Part shown: in pieces, positions 1 to 8,891 of the stretch | Layout: each line of letters opens with the position of its first letter | Position numbering within the stretch: the first letter of the stretch is position 1 | Virus record (IMG/VR): IMGVR_UViG_642973577_000001 | Coordinates: 32,001-96,000 of that record | Reading direction: 5' to 3' (one strand) | Source of the DNA: a virus | Taxonomy: Duplodnaviria > Caudoviricetes | Length of the DNA: 64,000 nucleotides | Notes under the pieces: generated by a model | What the model saw: the letters and a program-made list of their open reading frames with translations, nothing else | What the model was told of the DNA's origin: nothing | Database searches by the model: none | Program-made: the position numbers and the translations under genes

Positions 1-2
1 AC

Positions 3-374
3 GGCACGTTTGGCGAGGACTTCGGCGGCGTGCCCGAGGACTGGTACACCCACCCGCACTACTACTCGGCGGGCGAGACCAGCAAGGGCGACCTGCGGCG
101 CACCCAGAAGATCTACAACGACATGCACGGCAAGCCCGACCACCTGGTGGACGTCTACCGGGCGCTGCCGAGCCAGCACGCCACCCACTTCAACACGGGC
201 GACTGGATCACCCACAGCCCCGAGTACGCCCAGCAGCACGCCGACAGCCAGGGCGACGGCACCTGGAGCGTCATGCGCGCCCAGGTCCCGGCCAAGCACC
301 TGTACCACAACGGCGACAGCTACTACGAGATGGGCTATCACGGCCCGAAGGTGCCGGGGGTTGTGCACCCCTAG
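3..374 (+). CDS. 5'-truncated protein; C-terminal domain resembles an ADP-ribosyltransferase-like module of phage polyvalent proteins
   Basis: Frame is open from the window edge (GTFGEDFGGVPEDW...). Motifs VYRA, GDWITHSPEYA and GDSYYEMGY. The fold call is inference. Confidence 0.55.
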   Translation, partial: GTFGEDFGGVPEDWYTHPHYYSAGETSKGDLRRTQKIYNDMHGKPDHLVDVYRALPSQHATHFNTGDWITHSPEYAQQHADSQGDGTWSVMRAQVPAKHLYHNGDSYYEMGYHGPKVPGVVHP

Positions 375-465
375 ATCGACCTGCTACAGTCGATCCCATG
401 TTCGCACTCCTGAGTTTGTCATCCTCCCTACGACTTTCGTAGGTTGAGGGCGCTTGCCCTCTCCT

Positions 466-547
466 GGAGGGTGAGTATCAGGTGATACAGCGAGATTGCT
501 AATCCCGTACGGCTCATACCCGTGAGGTTCAAGTCCTCCTCCCTCCG
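466..547 (+). tRNA. tRNA-Ser(GCT)
   Basis: Acceptor GGAGGGT/TCCCTCC (one mismatch), loop TT-GCT-AA, long variable arm, T-loop TTCAAGT. Confidence 0.9.
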
Positions 548-562
548 CGCAGCAGTACCGAT

Positions 563-645
563 GGAAGATACCGCTAAGTGGCTGGCAACCGGCGTCGAAT
601 ACCGGGGCGGGGTAACTCCTGGGGGTTCGATTCCTCTATCTTCCG
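563..645 (+). tRNA. tRNA-Ser(CGA)
   Basis: Acceptor GGAAGAT/ATCTTCC-G, loop GT-CGA-AT, variable arm, TTCGATT. Confidence 0.88.
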
Positions 646-661
646 CGCAACAACTGAACAC

Positions 662-736
662 GCCCCCGTGGGCAAATTGGCAAAGTCGCTGCACTCAGAC
701 TGCAGAGTTTTCCGGGTTCGAGTCCCGGCGGGGGTA
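662..736 (+). tRNA. tRNA-Leu(CAG), short variable loop
   Basis: GCCCCCG/CGGGGGT-A; CTGCA CT-CAG-AC TGCAG. Confidence 0.9.
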
Positions 737-798
737 CGTCGCACAATAGGTCCGTTATCGGACCCTTTGTGTTAATCGTCCCAGTTCAGGGGCGGTAT

Positions 799-871
799 GG
801 ACCGGTAGCCCAAAGGCAGAGGCAGCACGTTGAGGACGTGTCCAGTGCGGGTTCGACTCCCGCTCGGTCTA
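799..871 (+). tRNA. tRNA-Leu(GAG), short variable loop
   Basis: GGACCGG/TCGGTCT-A; GCACG TT-GAG-GA CGTGT. Confidence 0.88.
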
Positions 872-872
872 C

Positions 873-954
873 GCTCCAGTGGCGTAATGGCAGCCGCGCC
901 GCACTCAAAATGCGGTGTCCGTAGGACGTGCGAGTTCGAGTCTCGCCTGGAGTA
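873..954 (+). tRNA. tRNA-Leu(CAA)
   Basis: GCTCCAG/CTGGAGT-A; CCGCA CT-CAA-AA TGCGG; long variable arm. Confidence 0.93.
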
Positions 955-991
955 CGCAAACCCTGTAGTATGGCTATAGTGAGATCCATAG

Positions 992-1022
992 TTGACAGGG
1001 CCGCACGGCCTCGTGCTACAGT
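992..1022 (+). promoter_or_regulatory. SigA-like promoter for the pth2/tRNA-mimic operon
   Basis: TTGACA, 19 nt, extended -10 TGC-TACAGT. Confidence 0.6.
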
Positions 1023-1035
1023 CGGAGGCGTGTAG

Positions 1036-1392
1036 GTGACAAGAGAGTCCAACCCCGACAAGCTGTATATCGCTGTCCGGGCCGACATCGCCCCCGGTCT
1101 CCAGACCGCGCAGGCGTGCCACGCAGCCTTCCAGTTCTACCACGAGCACCCCGAGCTGACTCGTGAGTGGATTCGCACCTCGAACTTCATCGTCATCGTG
1201 AACGTGGAGAACGAGGAGCAACTCATCACCCTGGCCACCGACGCCCGTCTGGGCGAGGGCCTTGCCGTCTCGATGGTGAACGAGCCGGATCTGGGCGACG
1301 AGTACACCGCAATCGCGATCGAGGCCGGTGAGACGGCCTCGGCGCTGTGCGCCAGCTTCCCGCTGTGCCTGCGGAACGCATTCACCTACTGA
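1036..1392 (+). CDS. pth2: Peptidyl-tRNA hydrolase, Pth2 family
   Basis: KLYIAVRADIAPGLQTAQACHAA motif typical of Pth2; 118 aa; GGAGG RBS. Confidence 0.85.
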   Translation: MTRESNPDKLYIAVRADIAPGLQTAQACHAAFQFYHEHPELTREWIRTSNFIVIVNVENEEQLITLATDARLGEGLAVSMVNEPDLGDEYTAIAIEAGETASALCASFPLCLRNAFTY

Positions 1393-1396
1393 GCTT

Positions 1397-1430
1397 GTCG
1401 GGGGAGGGGTCAAAGCCTCCCCCGGCACCA
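1397..1430 (+). ncRNA. tRNA-like minihelix 1 ending in ACCA
   Basis: 11-bp stem GTCGGGGGAGG/CCTCCCCCGGC, loop GGTCAAAG, 3' ACCA. Confidence 0.7.
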
Positions 1431-1431
1431 G

Positions 1432-1485
1432 CGGGGCGACCGGTGTGAGGCCGGTCTGGAGGTTCGAGTCCTCCCGCCCCGACCA
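1432..1485 (+). ncRNA. D-armless tRNA-like RNA (54 nt) ending in ACCA
   Basis: CGGGGCG/CGCCCCG acceptor; ACCGG-TGTGAGG-CCGGT arm; GGAGG-TTCGAGT-CCTCC T arm; ACCA. Confidence 0.7.
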
Positions 1486-1486
1486 T

Positions 1487-1520
1487 GCCCCGGCTGGGGT
1501 CAAAGCCAGCCGGGGCACCA
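1487..1520 (+). ncRNA. tRNA-like minihelix 2 ending in ACCA
   Basis: Perfect 11-bp stem GCCCCGGCTGG/CCAGCCGGGGC, same loop GGTCAAAG, 3' ACCA. Confidence 0.7.
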
Positions 1521-1521
1521 A

Positions 1522-1592
1522 GCGAGATTGGTCTGGTGACCTAGCGAGCTTCTAAACCTCGCGATCGACCGGTTCGACTCCGGTATCTCGCG
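1522..1592 (+). tRNA. tRNA with CTA anticodon (amber suppressor / tRNA-Pyl-like)
   Basis: GCGAGAT/ATCTCGC-G73; tiny D arm GGTC-TGGT-GACC; GCGAGC TT-CTA-AA CCTCGC; ACCGG-TTCGACT-CCGGT. Confidence 0.75.
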
Positions 1593-1597
1593 CAACA

Positions 1598-1632
1598 CTG
1601 TAGAAGCCCTCAGTAGCTTCCAGAAGAGGTGA
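1598..1632 (+). promoter_or_regulatory. Candidate late promoter (CTGB-N19-NRGAAG)
   Basis: CTGT-19 nt-CAGAAGAGGTGA. Confidence 0.6.
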
Positions 1633-1660
1633 CACACCATCTACTGGAAGTAGGCAGGGA

Positions 1661-4600
1661 ATGAGTGACTTCGGACTGTTCGAGGCGGATACAGACGCCC
1701 AGCAGGCACCGCAGCGGCAGCAGCGTCAGGCAGCCAACAAGCTGGCCAACGCCATCTACGACGTCCGGGACCAGTACGGGCCGTTCCTGATGGGCAGCAC
1801 CGGCAAGGACGAGTTCGAGGATCGCTGGCACCACGCCAAGACCGACATCCGCAAGACCGTCGAGGCCGCTGGCGCGTTCCCCAACACCGGAGTCATGCGC
1901 CGCATCCACAACGCGATGAAGCGCGAGTTCGTGGCCACTCTCGGCGACGACAACAGCGACGACCCGACCAAGAAGCCGAAGGACGACGGCGACAAGGCCC
2001 GGACGATCAACGACTCGCAGTACAAGAAGGTCCAGGACGGCGATCCGAGCGTCAAGGACGACGTGAAGACCAACACCGGAGACGGCTCTGACGCCGAAGG
2101 CCGTAATCCGTCGTCGACCACTGGCCCGCAGGGTGACCCCCGTGACTCCGGCCCGGAGCGCAAGAAGAGTAGCCGTCGCCACGCTGCGGGCGAGAACGGT
2201 GACGAGGGTCCTTTCGGGTCTGACCCCAGGAAGTGCAGCCATGAGAACAGTGAACCGCTGGGCAATGGCCAGAAGGAGTGCTACGACTGCGGCGAGATCG
2301 TCAAGACCGGACGCCGCTACGCCGAGAACTTCGACGGCGACCTGGTGCCCAAGGGCAACTTCGACGCCTACCTGGACTCGGTGGACAACGGCGGACCGGA
2401 GAAGGTCCAGCGCAACTTCACCGACGGCGACGACAGCGGCGAGGACAAGCCGTCCAGCCGCGAGGCCCGTCGGCTGGCCGTGGACCTGTACAAGGACTTC
2501 GCCGAGGCCAACGGCCTGCGCGAGGCCAAGCTGTCGACGCTGGACCACTACGCCGACACCGGCATCGACGACTCCACCTACTTCATGCTCGCGAACCTCA
2601 TCCGCCAGGCGGACGAGAACTGCGACTGCGACGATGACGAGGACACCGACGGTCCTGGCGGCTCGGACAGCGACAGCGACGGTCCGCCGAAGGGTGCCGC
2701 CGAGAAGGGTGGCGAGTCGTCGTCGGATGACGACAGCGAGGACGACGGTGGCTCGGACAGCGATTCGGGTGACGACGACGCACCAGAGTCCGACGGAGGT
2801 TCGGATGATGGTGGCGAGAACCCGTTCGCGGAGAGCGACTCGGATTCGGATGCGCCTTCGGAGGACGCCGGTCCTTCGGCGGACGATGCGGGACCGGCTG
2901 GTGATCCTCAGGCTCCGCCTGGCCCACCTGACCTCGGTCCTGAGGACGGCGGCGATCCTGCTGGGCTGGAAGCCCCGCCCGGACCGCCGTCGCTGGACGA
3001 CGCGCCGCCGCTCGCGCAGGACGACTTCTCGGGTGTCGACGAGCTGACCCCCGACGCCGCTGGCCAGCTGCCACCGGACACCGAGCTGGTGCAGGTCGAG
3101 CAGATCGAGGACGCCCTGGGCCTGCCTCCGGGCACCCTGGAGCAGCTGCTGGCCGACAGCATCGCGCACGGCGGTCCGCCACAGCCACACGGCGCAGGAC
3201 CCGTCGCGAGCCGCAGGTACGTGGCTTTCGGAGAAGGGGCTGACCCGGCTGCCGGGGGTCAGGCTGTAGCTCCGGCTGCCCCCGCACCGGCTGCCGCGCC
3301 CGCTCCGGCCATGCCAGGCCCGGACGACGGCGCTCTCCTGGACCAGGCCAGCCAGGCTGTGACCAACCTGGTGGACCAGAAGACCCAGGAGTACCAGACC
3401 ATCATCGACCCGCTGCAGCAGGCGCTGCAGGCGATTCAGTTCGCCCAGCAGGTCGAGCAGGCAGCCAACCCGCTGGACGTCACCCCGCCTGAGGGCACGG
3501 TCGACGTCAACCCGCAGTCTGCGGTCGACCCGGCTGCCGAGGCCCAGGCCGCGAGCATCCAGGCACCGGCACCACAGACGTCGGCTGGTCCGCCGCCTCC
3601 GGGACCGGGAGGAATGCCCGCGCCTGCTCCGGCACCAGCCGGTGGTGACAGCGGTGGCTCCAGCGAGTCCGACAGCGGCGAGAAGAAGGAGTCGTCGCGT
3701 CAGCTCGATCTGCGCCGCCACGCCTTCAAGCTGGCCCAGTACTGGGGTCTGAGCGAGCAGGGCTACCAGACGGTCCTGGCCGCGATGAGCCGCAAGCACT
3801 ACCAGCACGTGGCCGAGGCCATCCAGACGCTGCCGCCGGAGCACCGGATGGGCATCGCCGCCAGCCTGGCCGACATGTTCAGCACCGATAACGTGCGGTT
3901 CAACACCGGCCAGTTCATGGCCAGCGCGGGCGTGCCGATGGGCGCGGATGCCATCCACATGGCCAAGAGCACTGACGACTTCCATACCTACAACGATCGC
4001 GGTGGAGAACCCGGCGACTACGAGCGCAACAACCGGGGCTATAGCGACGTCGGTAACGGTATGGTCCAGGACTGGGAGACCGGCGAGGTCTACCCGCATC
4101 CGGGCAAGAAGGCCAGGGTGGCTGCCAACCCCGCCGACCGTGCCGGTGACCGCTGGCGCGACGGCAAGGACCGGGCCTCGGCGGACGCCGAGGAGTACGA
4201 CACCGACCCAGACAACTGGGAGGAGCGCGAGGCCGCACGCCTCGGACTCCGGCAGGGGAGCCGCCGCCCTTTCGTCATTAGGTCGAGGACGACGGGAGGT
4301 GGACGCACGGCTGGAGAGACCTGGAAGCCGCCGGGTGGGGGTCAAGCTCTCGATGCGTTCGAGTTCCCCGGCCAGGGCGAGAAGGCCGAGTTCAGCGACA
4401 ACATGAAGATCAACGACCTGCCTGGCCAGAAGGCCAAGTCGGCGGGCGTGGTCGAGGACTTCCAGCGGTTCGACAAGCGTCGCGCCGAGCAGGGTCTCAA
4501 CGTCGGCGGTGAGGGCGAGGTCGACTCCTTCCTGCAGAACAAGAAGGTCGGCCCACGCGCCCAGGACAAGCTGCACGAGGAGATCGGTCTACAGCCGCAC

Positions 4601-5551
4601 CAGAAGGCCGCGAACTTCCAGCCCAAGGTCGCCGGGTGGGAGTTCGACGACCACCTCAACGGCTACGTGAGCCACATCCGCCAGGCGTTCCACTGCCCGT
4701 GCGGCCAGGCCCACAACCCGCCGTCGCACGGCATGTGCCGCTGCGGCAAGCTTTGGTACACCTACGCCATCGGCACCGGCCAGCACCTGGCCAACGGCAA
4801 CGAGGCGGAGATGTTCCTGGCCCGCGAGATCCCCGTGCGGGAGAACGTGATCATGGCCAACCGCCAGTTCCGGTCGGCGGAGGAGTACAACAACGCCAGC
4901 GGCAACGGCCCGTACCAGGACTACCCGGAGGACGTCGAGTTCTACGACGACGACGAGATCGACCAGTCGACGCCGCACGCGCCAGGTGAGACCGACATGG
5001 ACACCCGCCGGTCGGCTGCAACCAGTCCTCCTTTCACTGGTGATCACGGTGGGTCAGAAGCCAGTGAATATGGAGTCAGCCATCCTGCCCCTCGTGAGAA
5101 GTGCGGCGAGTGCGGCTTCTATCACTACCCCAAGGAGGGGCACGGTTCTCCCATGAATCGTCGTCGTTCGGCGATCGAGCACGAGGACCCGGATCACACC
5201 GACCCCGCGTTCGGTGGCTGGCCGTTCGAGGAGCGCAAGCCCAAGCGCAACGACGGCAAGCGCACGGGCGCGAGCTACGGCGAGGACGACCACAACGTCG
5301 TCGACCGCAACGGCGAGAAGTTCTGCAGCGCCTGTGACGCCATGCTCTGGGACCCGAACGTCCACCACTGCCCTGCCAAGCAGGCTTCGCGGTCGTTCTT
5401 CGCAGACTGGACCAAGTTCACCGACGACGACAACGCCGGGTACGAGGAAGGCCCGAAGGAGCCACCGTCCACCACGCCAGGCAAGCAGCCGCCCAAGGAC
5501 TGGGCCAAGCGCGACGACAAGGGCAACTGGGTCAAGCCCCAGTTCAAGTAG
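1661..5551 (+). CDS. Large acidic/Pro-rich head-region protein with Zn-ribbon modules (1296 aa)
   Basis: Long ORF with phage-like GC3 codon bias, several CxxC pairs, upstream of the portal. Confidence 0.8.
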   Translation: MSDFGLFEADTDAQQAPQRQQRQAANKLANAIYDVRDQYGPFLMGSTGKDEFEDRWHHAKTDIRKTVEAAGAFPNTGVMRRIHNAMKREFVATLGDDNSDDPTKKPKDDGDKARTINDSQYKKVQDGDPSVKDDVKTNTGDGSDAEGRNPSSTTGPQGDPRDSGPERKKSSRRHAAGENGDEGPFGSDPRKCSHENSEPLGNGQKECYDCGEIVKTGRRYAENFDGDLVPKGNFDAYLDSVDNGGPEKVQRNFTDGDDSGEDKPSSREARRLAVDLYKDFAEANGLREAKLSTLDHYADTGIDDSTYFMLANLIRQADENCDCDDDEDTDGPGGSDSDSDGPPKGAAEKGGESSSDDDSEDDGGSDSDSGDDDAPESDGGSDDGGENPFAESDSDSDAPSEDAGPSADDAGPAGDPQAPPGPPDLGPEDGGDPAGLEAPPGPPSLDDAPPLAQDDFSGVDELTPDAAGQLPPDTELVQVEQIEDALGLPPGTLEQLLADSIAHGGPPQPHGAGPVASRRYVAFGEGADPAAGGQAVAPAAPAPAAAPAPAMPGPDDGALLDQASQAVTNLVDQKTQEYQTIIDPLQQALQAIQFAQQVEQAANPLDVTPPEGTVDVNPQSAVDPAAEAQAASIQAPAPQTSAGPPPPGPGGMPAPAPAPAGGDSGGSSESDSGEKKESSRQLDLRRHAFKLAQYWGLSEQGYQTVLAAMSRKHYQHVAEAIQTLPPEHRMGIAASLADMFSTDNVRFNTGQFMASAGVPMGADAIHMAKSTDDFHTYNDRGGEPGDYERNNRGYSDVGNGMVQDWETGEVYPHPGKKARVAANPADRAGDRWRDGKDRASADAEEYDTDPDNWEEREAARLGLRQGSRRPFVIRSRTTGGGRTAGETWKPPGGGQALDAFEFPGQGEKAEFSDNMKINDLPGQKAKSAGVVEDFQRFDKRRAEQGLNVGGEGEVDSFLQNKKVGPRAQDKLHEEIGLQPHQKAANFQPKVAGWEFDDHLNGYVSHIRQAFHCPCGQAHNPPSHGMCRCGKLWYTYAIGTGQHLANGNEAEMFLAREIPVRENVIMANRQFRSAEEYNNASGNGPYQDYPEDVEFYDDDEIDQSTPHAPGETDMDTRRSAATSPPFTGDHGGSEASEYGVSHPAPREKCGECGFYHYPKEGHGSPMNRRRSAIEHEDPDHTDPAFGGWPFEERKPKRNDGKRTGASYGEDDHNVVDRNGEKFCSACDAMLWDPNVHHCPAKQASRSFFADWTKFTDDDNAGYEEGPKEPPSTTPGKQPPKDWAKRDDKGNWVKPQFK

Positions 5552-5584
5552 CCGGTAAGTACCGGCCCGACCGAATGAGGACAT

Positions 5585-5947
5585 ATGGCAAGTGCCGACC
5601 TCTGCTTCGGGTGCAAGGCGTTCAAGGAGATCGCCTACACCGAGGCTGGAACTAACCGCACCTTCTGCCAGCCGTGCGCGCTCCAGCTTCCTCCGACCTC
5701 GGAGGAGCTGGCGCTGCTGTTCATCTCGATCACGAACCCGTTCAAGATCGGCGATCGAGTGGAAGCGCGCACGGCGGGCCAGGTCTATGACGGCATCGGC
5801 ACGGTCGACGACATCAGCACCCAGATCATCAACGGAGGCACGCCGGTCTACCCGAGCTTCCACGTGGTGCTGGAGACCAAGGAACACGACCTGGCACCTG
5901 ACGCTGCCTGGTACACCGAGATCTGCCTGAGGAAGGTTGACGCATGA
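5585..5947 (+). CDS. Hypothetical protein with N-terminal CxxC..CxxC
   Basis: GAGG RBS; stop overlaps the portal start (ATGA). Confidence 0.75.
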   Translation: MASADLCFGCKAFKEIAYTEAGTNRTFCQPCALQLPPTSEELALLFISITNPFKIGDRVEARTAGQVYDGIGTVDDISTQIINGGTPVYPSFHVVLETKEHDLAPDAAWYTEICLRKVDA

Positions 5948-8463
5948 TGGTCCCGAACGATCCGCCGCAGAGCTACGCGCTGTGGATTCCCAAGAGCGCG
6001 ACGGTGAGTCCCAACCCCGTCACCGAGGCCCGCCGCGCCATGAGCCGGATGGACACCCCCGATGGTCTGGTGAGCAACCGCACCCTCGTGCAGTCGATGC
6101 GCAAGAGCGGCTCCAACATGCAGATCGCCTTGCCGAAGGTGAGGCAGCCTCTGGGCACGCTCGCCGACAAGGGCATCCCCTACAACGTCGAGGACGAGGA
6201 CGAACTCAAGGACATCCGGCGCTGGTGCCGCCTGTTCTACGCCACCCACGACCTGGTGCCTCTGCTCATCGACATCTACAGCCGGTTCCCGGTCGTCGGC
6301 ATGGAGTTCGACAGCAAGGACCCGCTGATCAAGAAGTTCTACGAGGAGATGTTCCTGGGTCCCGACCTGGACTACCTCAGCTTCCTGCCCGACCAGTTCG
6401 GGCGCGAGTATTTCACCGTCGGCGAGGTCACCAGCCTGGCCCACTTCAACGAGAGCCTCGGCGTCTGGTCCAGCGAGGAGATCCTGGACCCCGACATGCT
6501 GCGCATCAGCCGGTCGATGTTCGTCCAGCGTGACCGCGTGCAGCTCATGGTCAAGGAGATGGTGGAGAACCTCCGCCAGGGTCCGATGAGCGACGGCTCC
6601 AGCCTGTCGACCACCGAGGAGACCCCGAGCGAGCGCCTGCAGCGCAACCGCGAGTACCAGGAGCTGGTCGAGAAGTACCCCGAGATCATCGAGGCCGCTG
6701 CTCAGAACGACGGCCTGGACATCTCCGACGCGCTGATCAGCCGCGTGGTCAACCGCAACACGCCGTGGGCCAAGCGCGGCACCCCGCACCTGCTGCGCAG
6801 CTTCCGCACGCTCATGCAGGAGGAGTCGCTCAACGCCGCCCAGGACGCGGTGGCCGATCGCCTCTACAGCCCGCTGATCCTGGCCACCCTCGGCTCGGAG
6901 AACCTCGGCGACGGCACCCCGTGGCTGCCGACCCAGGACGAGCTGGACGACGCCCGCGACGACTTCCAGACCGCGCTGGCCGCTGACTTCCGCCTGGTCG
7001 TGCACAACTTCGGCCTCAAGGTCGAGAACGTGTTCGGTCGCGAGAGCGTGCCGAACCTAGACGCCGACTACGAGCGCGTCGAGCGCAAGCTGCTCCAGGC
7101 GTGGGGCATCGGCGAGGCGCTCATCTCCGGTGGCTCGGGCGGCGCGTACGCCAGCTCGGCGCTCAACCGCGAGTTCGTCACCCAGATGATGGTGGGCTTC
7201 CAGAACCACCTCAAGCGTCACATCACCAAGCGGGCCGAGATCATCGCCGAGGCCCAGGGTCACTTCGACTACGACCTCAAGGGCGGCGTGCGCGTGCCGA
7301 TCTACCGTGAGATCGTCGAGCGTGACCCCGAGACCGGTGAGGAGTACATCCGCAAGGTGCCCAAGCTGCTGATCCCCGAGGTGAAGTTCTCGACGCTGAA
7401 CCTGCGCGACGAGAGCCAGGAACGCGCCTTCATCGCCCAGCTCAAGGCCATGGGCGTGCCGGTGTCGGACAAGACGATGAGCGTCAACATCGACATGGAG
7501 TTCGAGCAGGAGCTGGAGCGCCAGTCCGAGGAGAGCGTCAACAAGCTCATGGCCACCGCGCAGACGATGGCCAAGGTCCAGAAGCTCTGCGACGAGCAGA
7601 ACCTGCCGTACCCGCCGGAGCTGGCCCAGCACCTCACCGCCACGCTGCAGCTGCGTCAGGGCAAGACCCAGACCGAGCTGGGCGAGGCCCAGGCCGTCGC
7701 CGGTATCGACCAGGCCGAGCTGCAGGACATGCAGATCGACATGCAGAAGTCGATGCTGGAGCAGCAGCTGTCGGGCGGCATGGCACCCCCAGGAGCCATG
7801 GGAATGGCTCCAGGAGCGCCCGGAGGACCTCCGGGAGGGGCAGAGCCTGGTCCGCCGGGAGCTGTGCCGCCAGGGACGCCGCCAGAGGGTCAGGTGGCCG
7901 GTCCGGGTGGAGCGCCGCCGCAGGCGCAGGGTCCTGGTGCTCCGGCACCGGGCAGCCCCGCCGCTGGCTTCTTCGCCGCCGCCCGCCGTCACGGTGGCAC
8001 TCAGGTCAACGGTCCGCAGGCCACCGGCCCAGCGGCCAAGGGTCCGCAAGGCCCGATGGGACCCGAGCTGCCTCCGGGCGTGCCGGAGCCGCACGAGCCG
8101 CAGCGCAACCGCCTGCGTCCCGAGGAGAGCGACGACAACCACCCCGGCGGCAACCTCAAGCCCGCCAGCCGCAACCGCTGGACGGCAGGCCCGTCGTCAC
8201 TAGGACGTCGTGACCAGGTGAGCGAGGCGTTCGTGGAGCAGCAGGTCAGCCGCCGCGAGGTGCAGGCCGCTGGTGCCCCACGGGTGTCGGACCTGATCCG
8301 GGACAACGCCTTCTACCGGTCGCTCAACGCCGACCAGTACCGTGGCCAGATCCAGGCCGACTGGCCGGAGATCCAGGCTGGCGGTGCGTCGGAGTCGCGG
8401 TCGATTCTGGAGGACCTGATCGAGCAGTTCAAGGAAGTGTTCGGCGTCGAGCCGCAGTGGTGA
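5944..8463 (+). CDS. Portal protein with Pro/Gly-rich C-terminal extension
   Basis: Resembles Bxz1-type portals as recalled (IRRWCRLFYATHDLVPLLID, LLQAWGIGEALISG); position in the head module. Confidence 0.75.
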   Translation: MMVPNDPPQSYALWIPKSATVSPNPVTEARRAMSRMDTPDGLVSNRTLVQSMRKSGSNMQIALPKVRQPLGTLADKGIPYNVEDEDELKDIRRWCRLFYATHDLVPLLIDIYSRFPVVGMEFDSKDPLIKKFYEEMFLGPDLDYLSFLPDQFGREYFTVGEVTSLAHFNESLGVWSSEEILDPDMLRISRSMFVQRDRVQLMVKEMVENLRQGPMSDGSSLSTTEETPSERLQRNREYQELVEKYPEIIEAAAQNDGLDISDALISRVVNRNTPWAKRGTPHLLRSFRTLMQEESLNAAQDAVADRLYSPLILATLGSENLGDGTPWLPTQDELDDARDDFQTALAADFRLVVHNFGLKVENVFGRESVPNLDADYERVERKLLQAWGIGEALISGGSGGAYASSALNREFVTQMMVGFQNHLKRHITKRAEIIAEAQGHFDYDLKGGVRVPIYREIVERDPETGEEYIRKVPKLLIPEVKFSTLNLRDESQERAFIAQLKAMGVPVSDKTMSVNIDMEFEQELERQSEESVNKLMATAQTMAKVQKLCDEQNLPYPPELAQHLTATLQLRQGKTQTELGEAQAVAGIDQAELQDMQIDMQKSMLEQQLSGGMAPPGAMGMAPGAPGGPPGGAEPGPPGAVPPGTPPEGQVAGPGGAPPQAQGPGAPAPGSPAAGFFAAARRHGGTQVNGPQATGPAAKGPQGPMGPELPPGVPEPHEPQRNRLRPEESDDNHPGGNLKPASRNRWTAGPSSLGRRDQVSEAFVEQQVSRREVQAAGAPRVSDLIRDNAFYRSLNADQYRGQIQADWPEIQAGGASESRSILEDLIEQFKEVFGVEPQW

Positions 8464-8509
8464 TACACTCTGACCCTGTAGTGCTAGTCAAATAGTCGAC
8501 AGGGGAATA

Positions 8510-8863
8510 GTGCCCACGCCATACGAGAAGCCCGCGCCGGAGATGCACGAGAACACCGAGATGGAGTTCGGTATCCGGCTCCCGAACGGTGAAGAGGTCT
8601 GGCCTCCCGAGCTGTATATGGGCAAGATCCAGTACCAGGAATCCGCCGAGCGTGCGATCATCATGTCGGCCATCGCCGACGGTATCCGCAACATGGGCCT
8701 GCCGTTCGACGAGACGCTCGCGCAGTTCCAGTGGTTGACTCGCTACAAGCGCACGATCACCCTGACCTCGTACCTGGACCGCGTGGACGAGAACCCGATT
8801 GACCACCCGGCGATGACCGAGCAGTCGCGGTACTCCGAAACGGGTACTCAGGACCCGGAATAG
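8510..8863 (+). CDS. Hypothetical protein
   Basis: 117-aa ORF, AGGGG RBS, good codon bias. Confidence 0.7.
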   Translation: MPTPYEKPAPEMHENTEMEFGIRLPNGEEVWPPELYMGKIQYQESAERAIIMSAIADGIRNMGLPFDETLAQFQWLTRYKRTITLTSYLDRVDENPIDHPAMTEQSRYSETGTQDPE

Positions 8864-8891
8864 GTGTAACCACTACCGGAAGGGGAGCATC

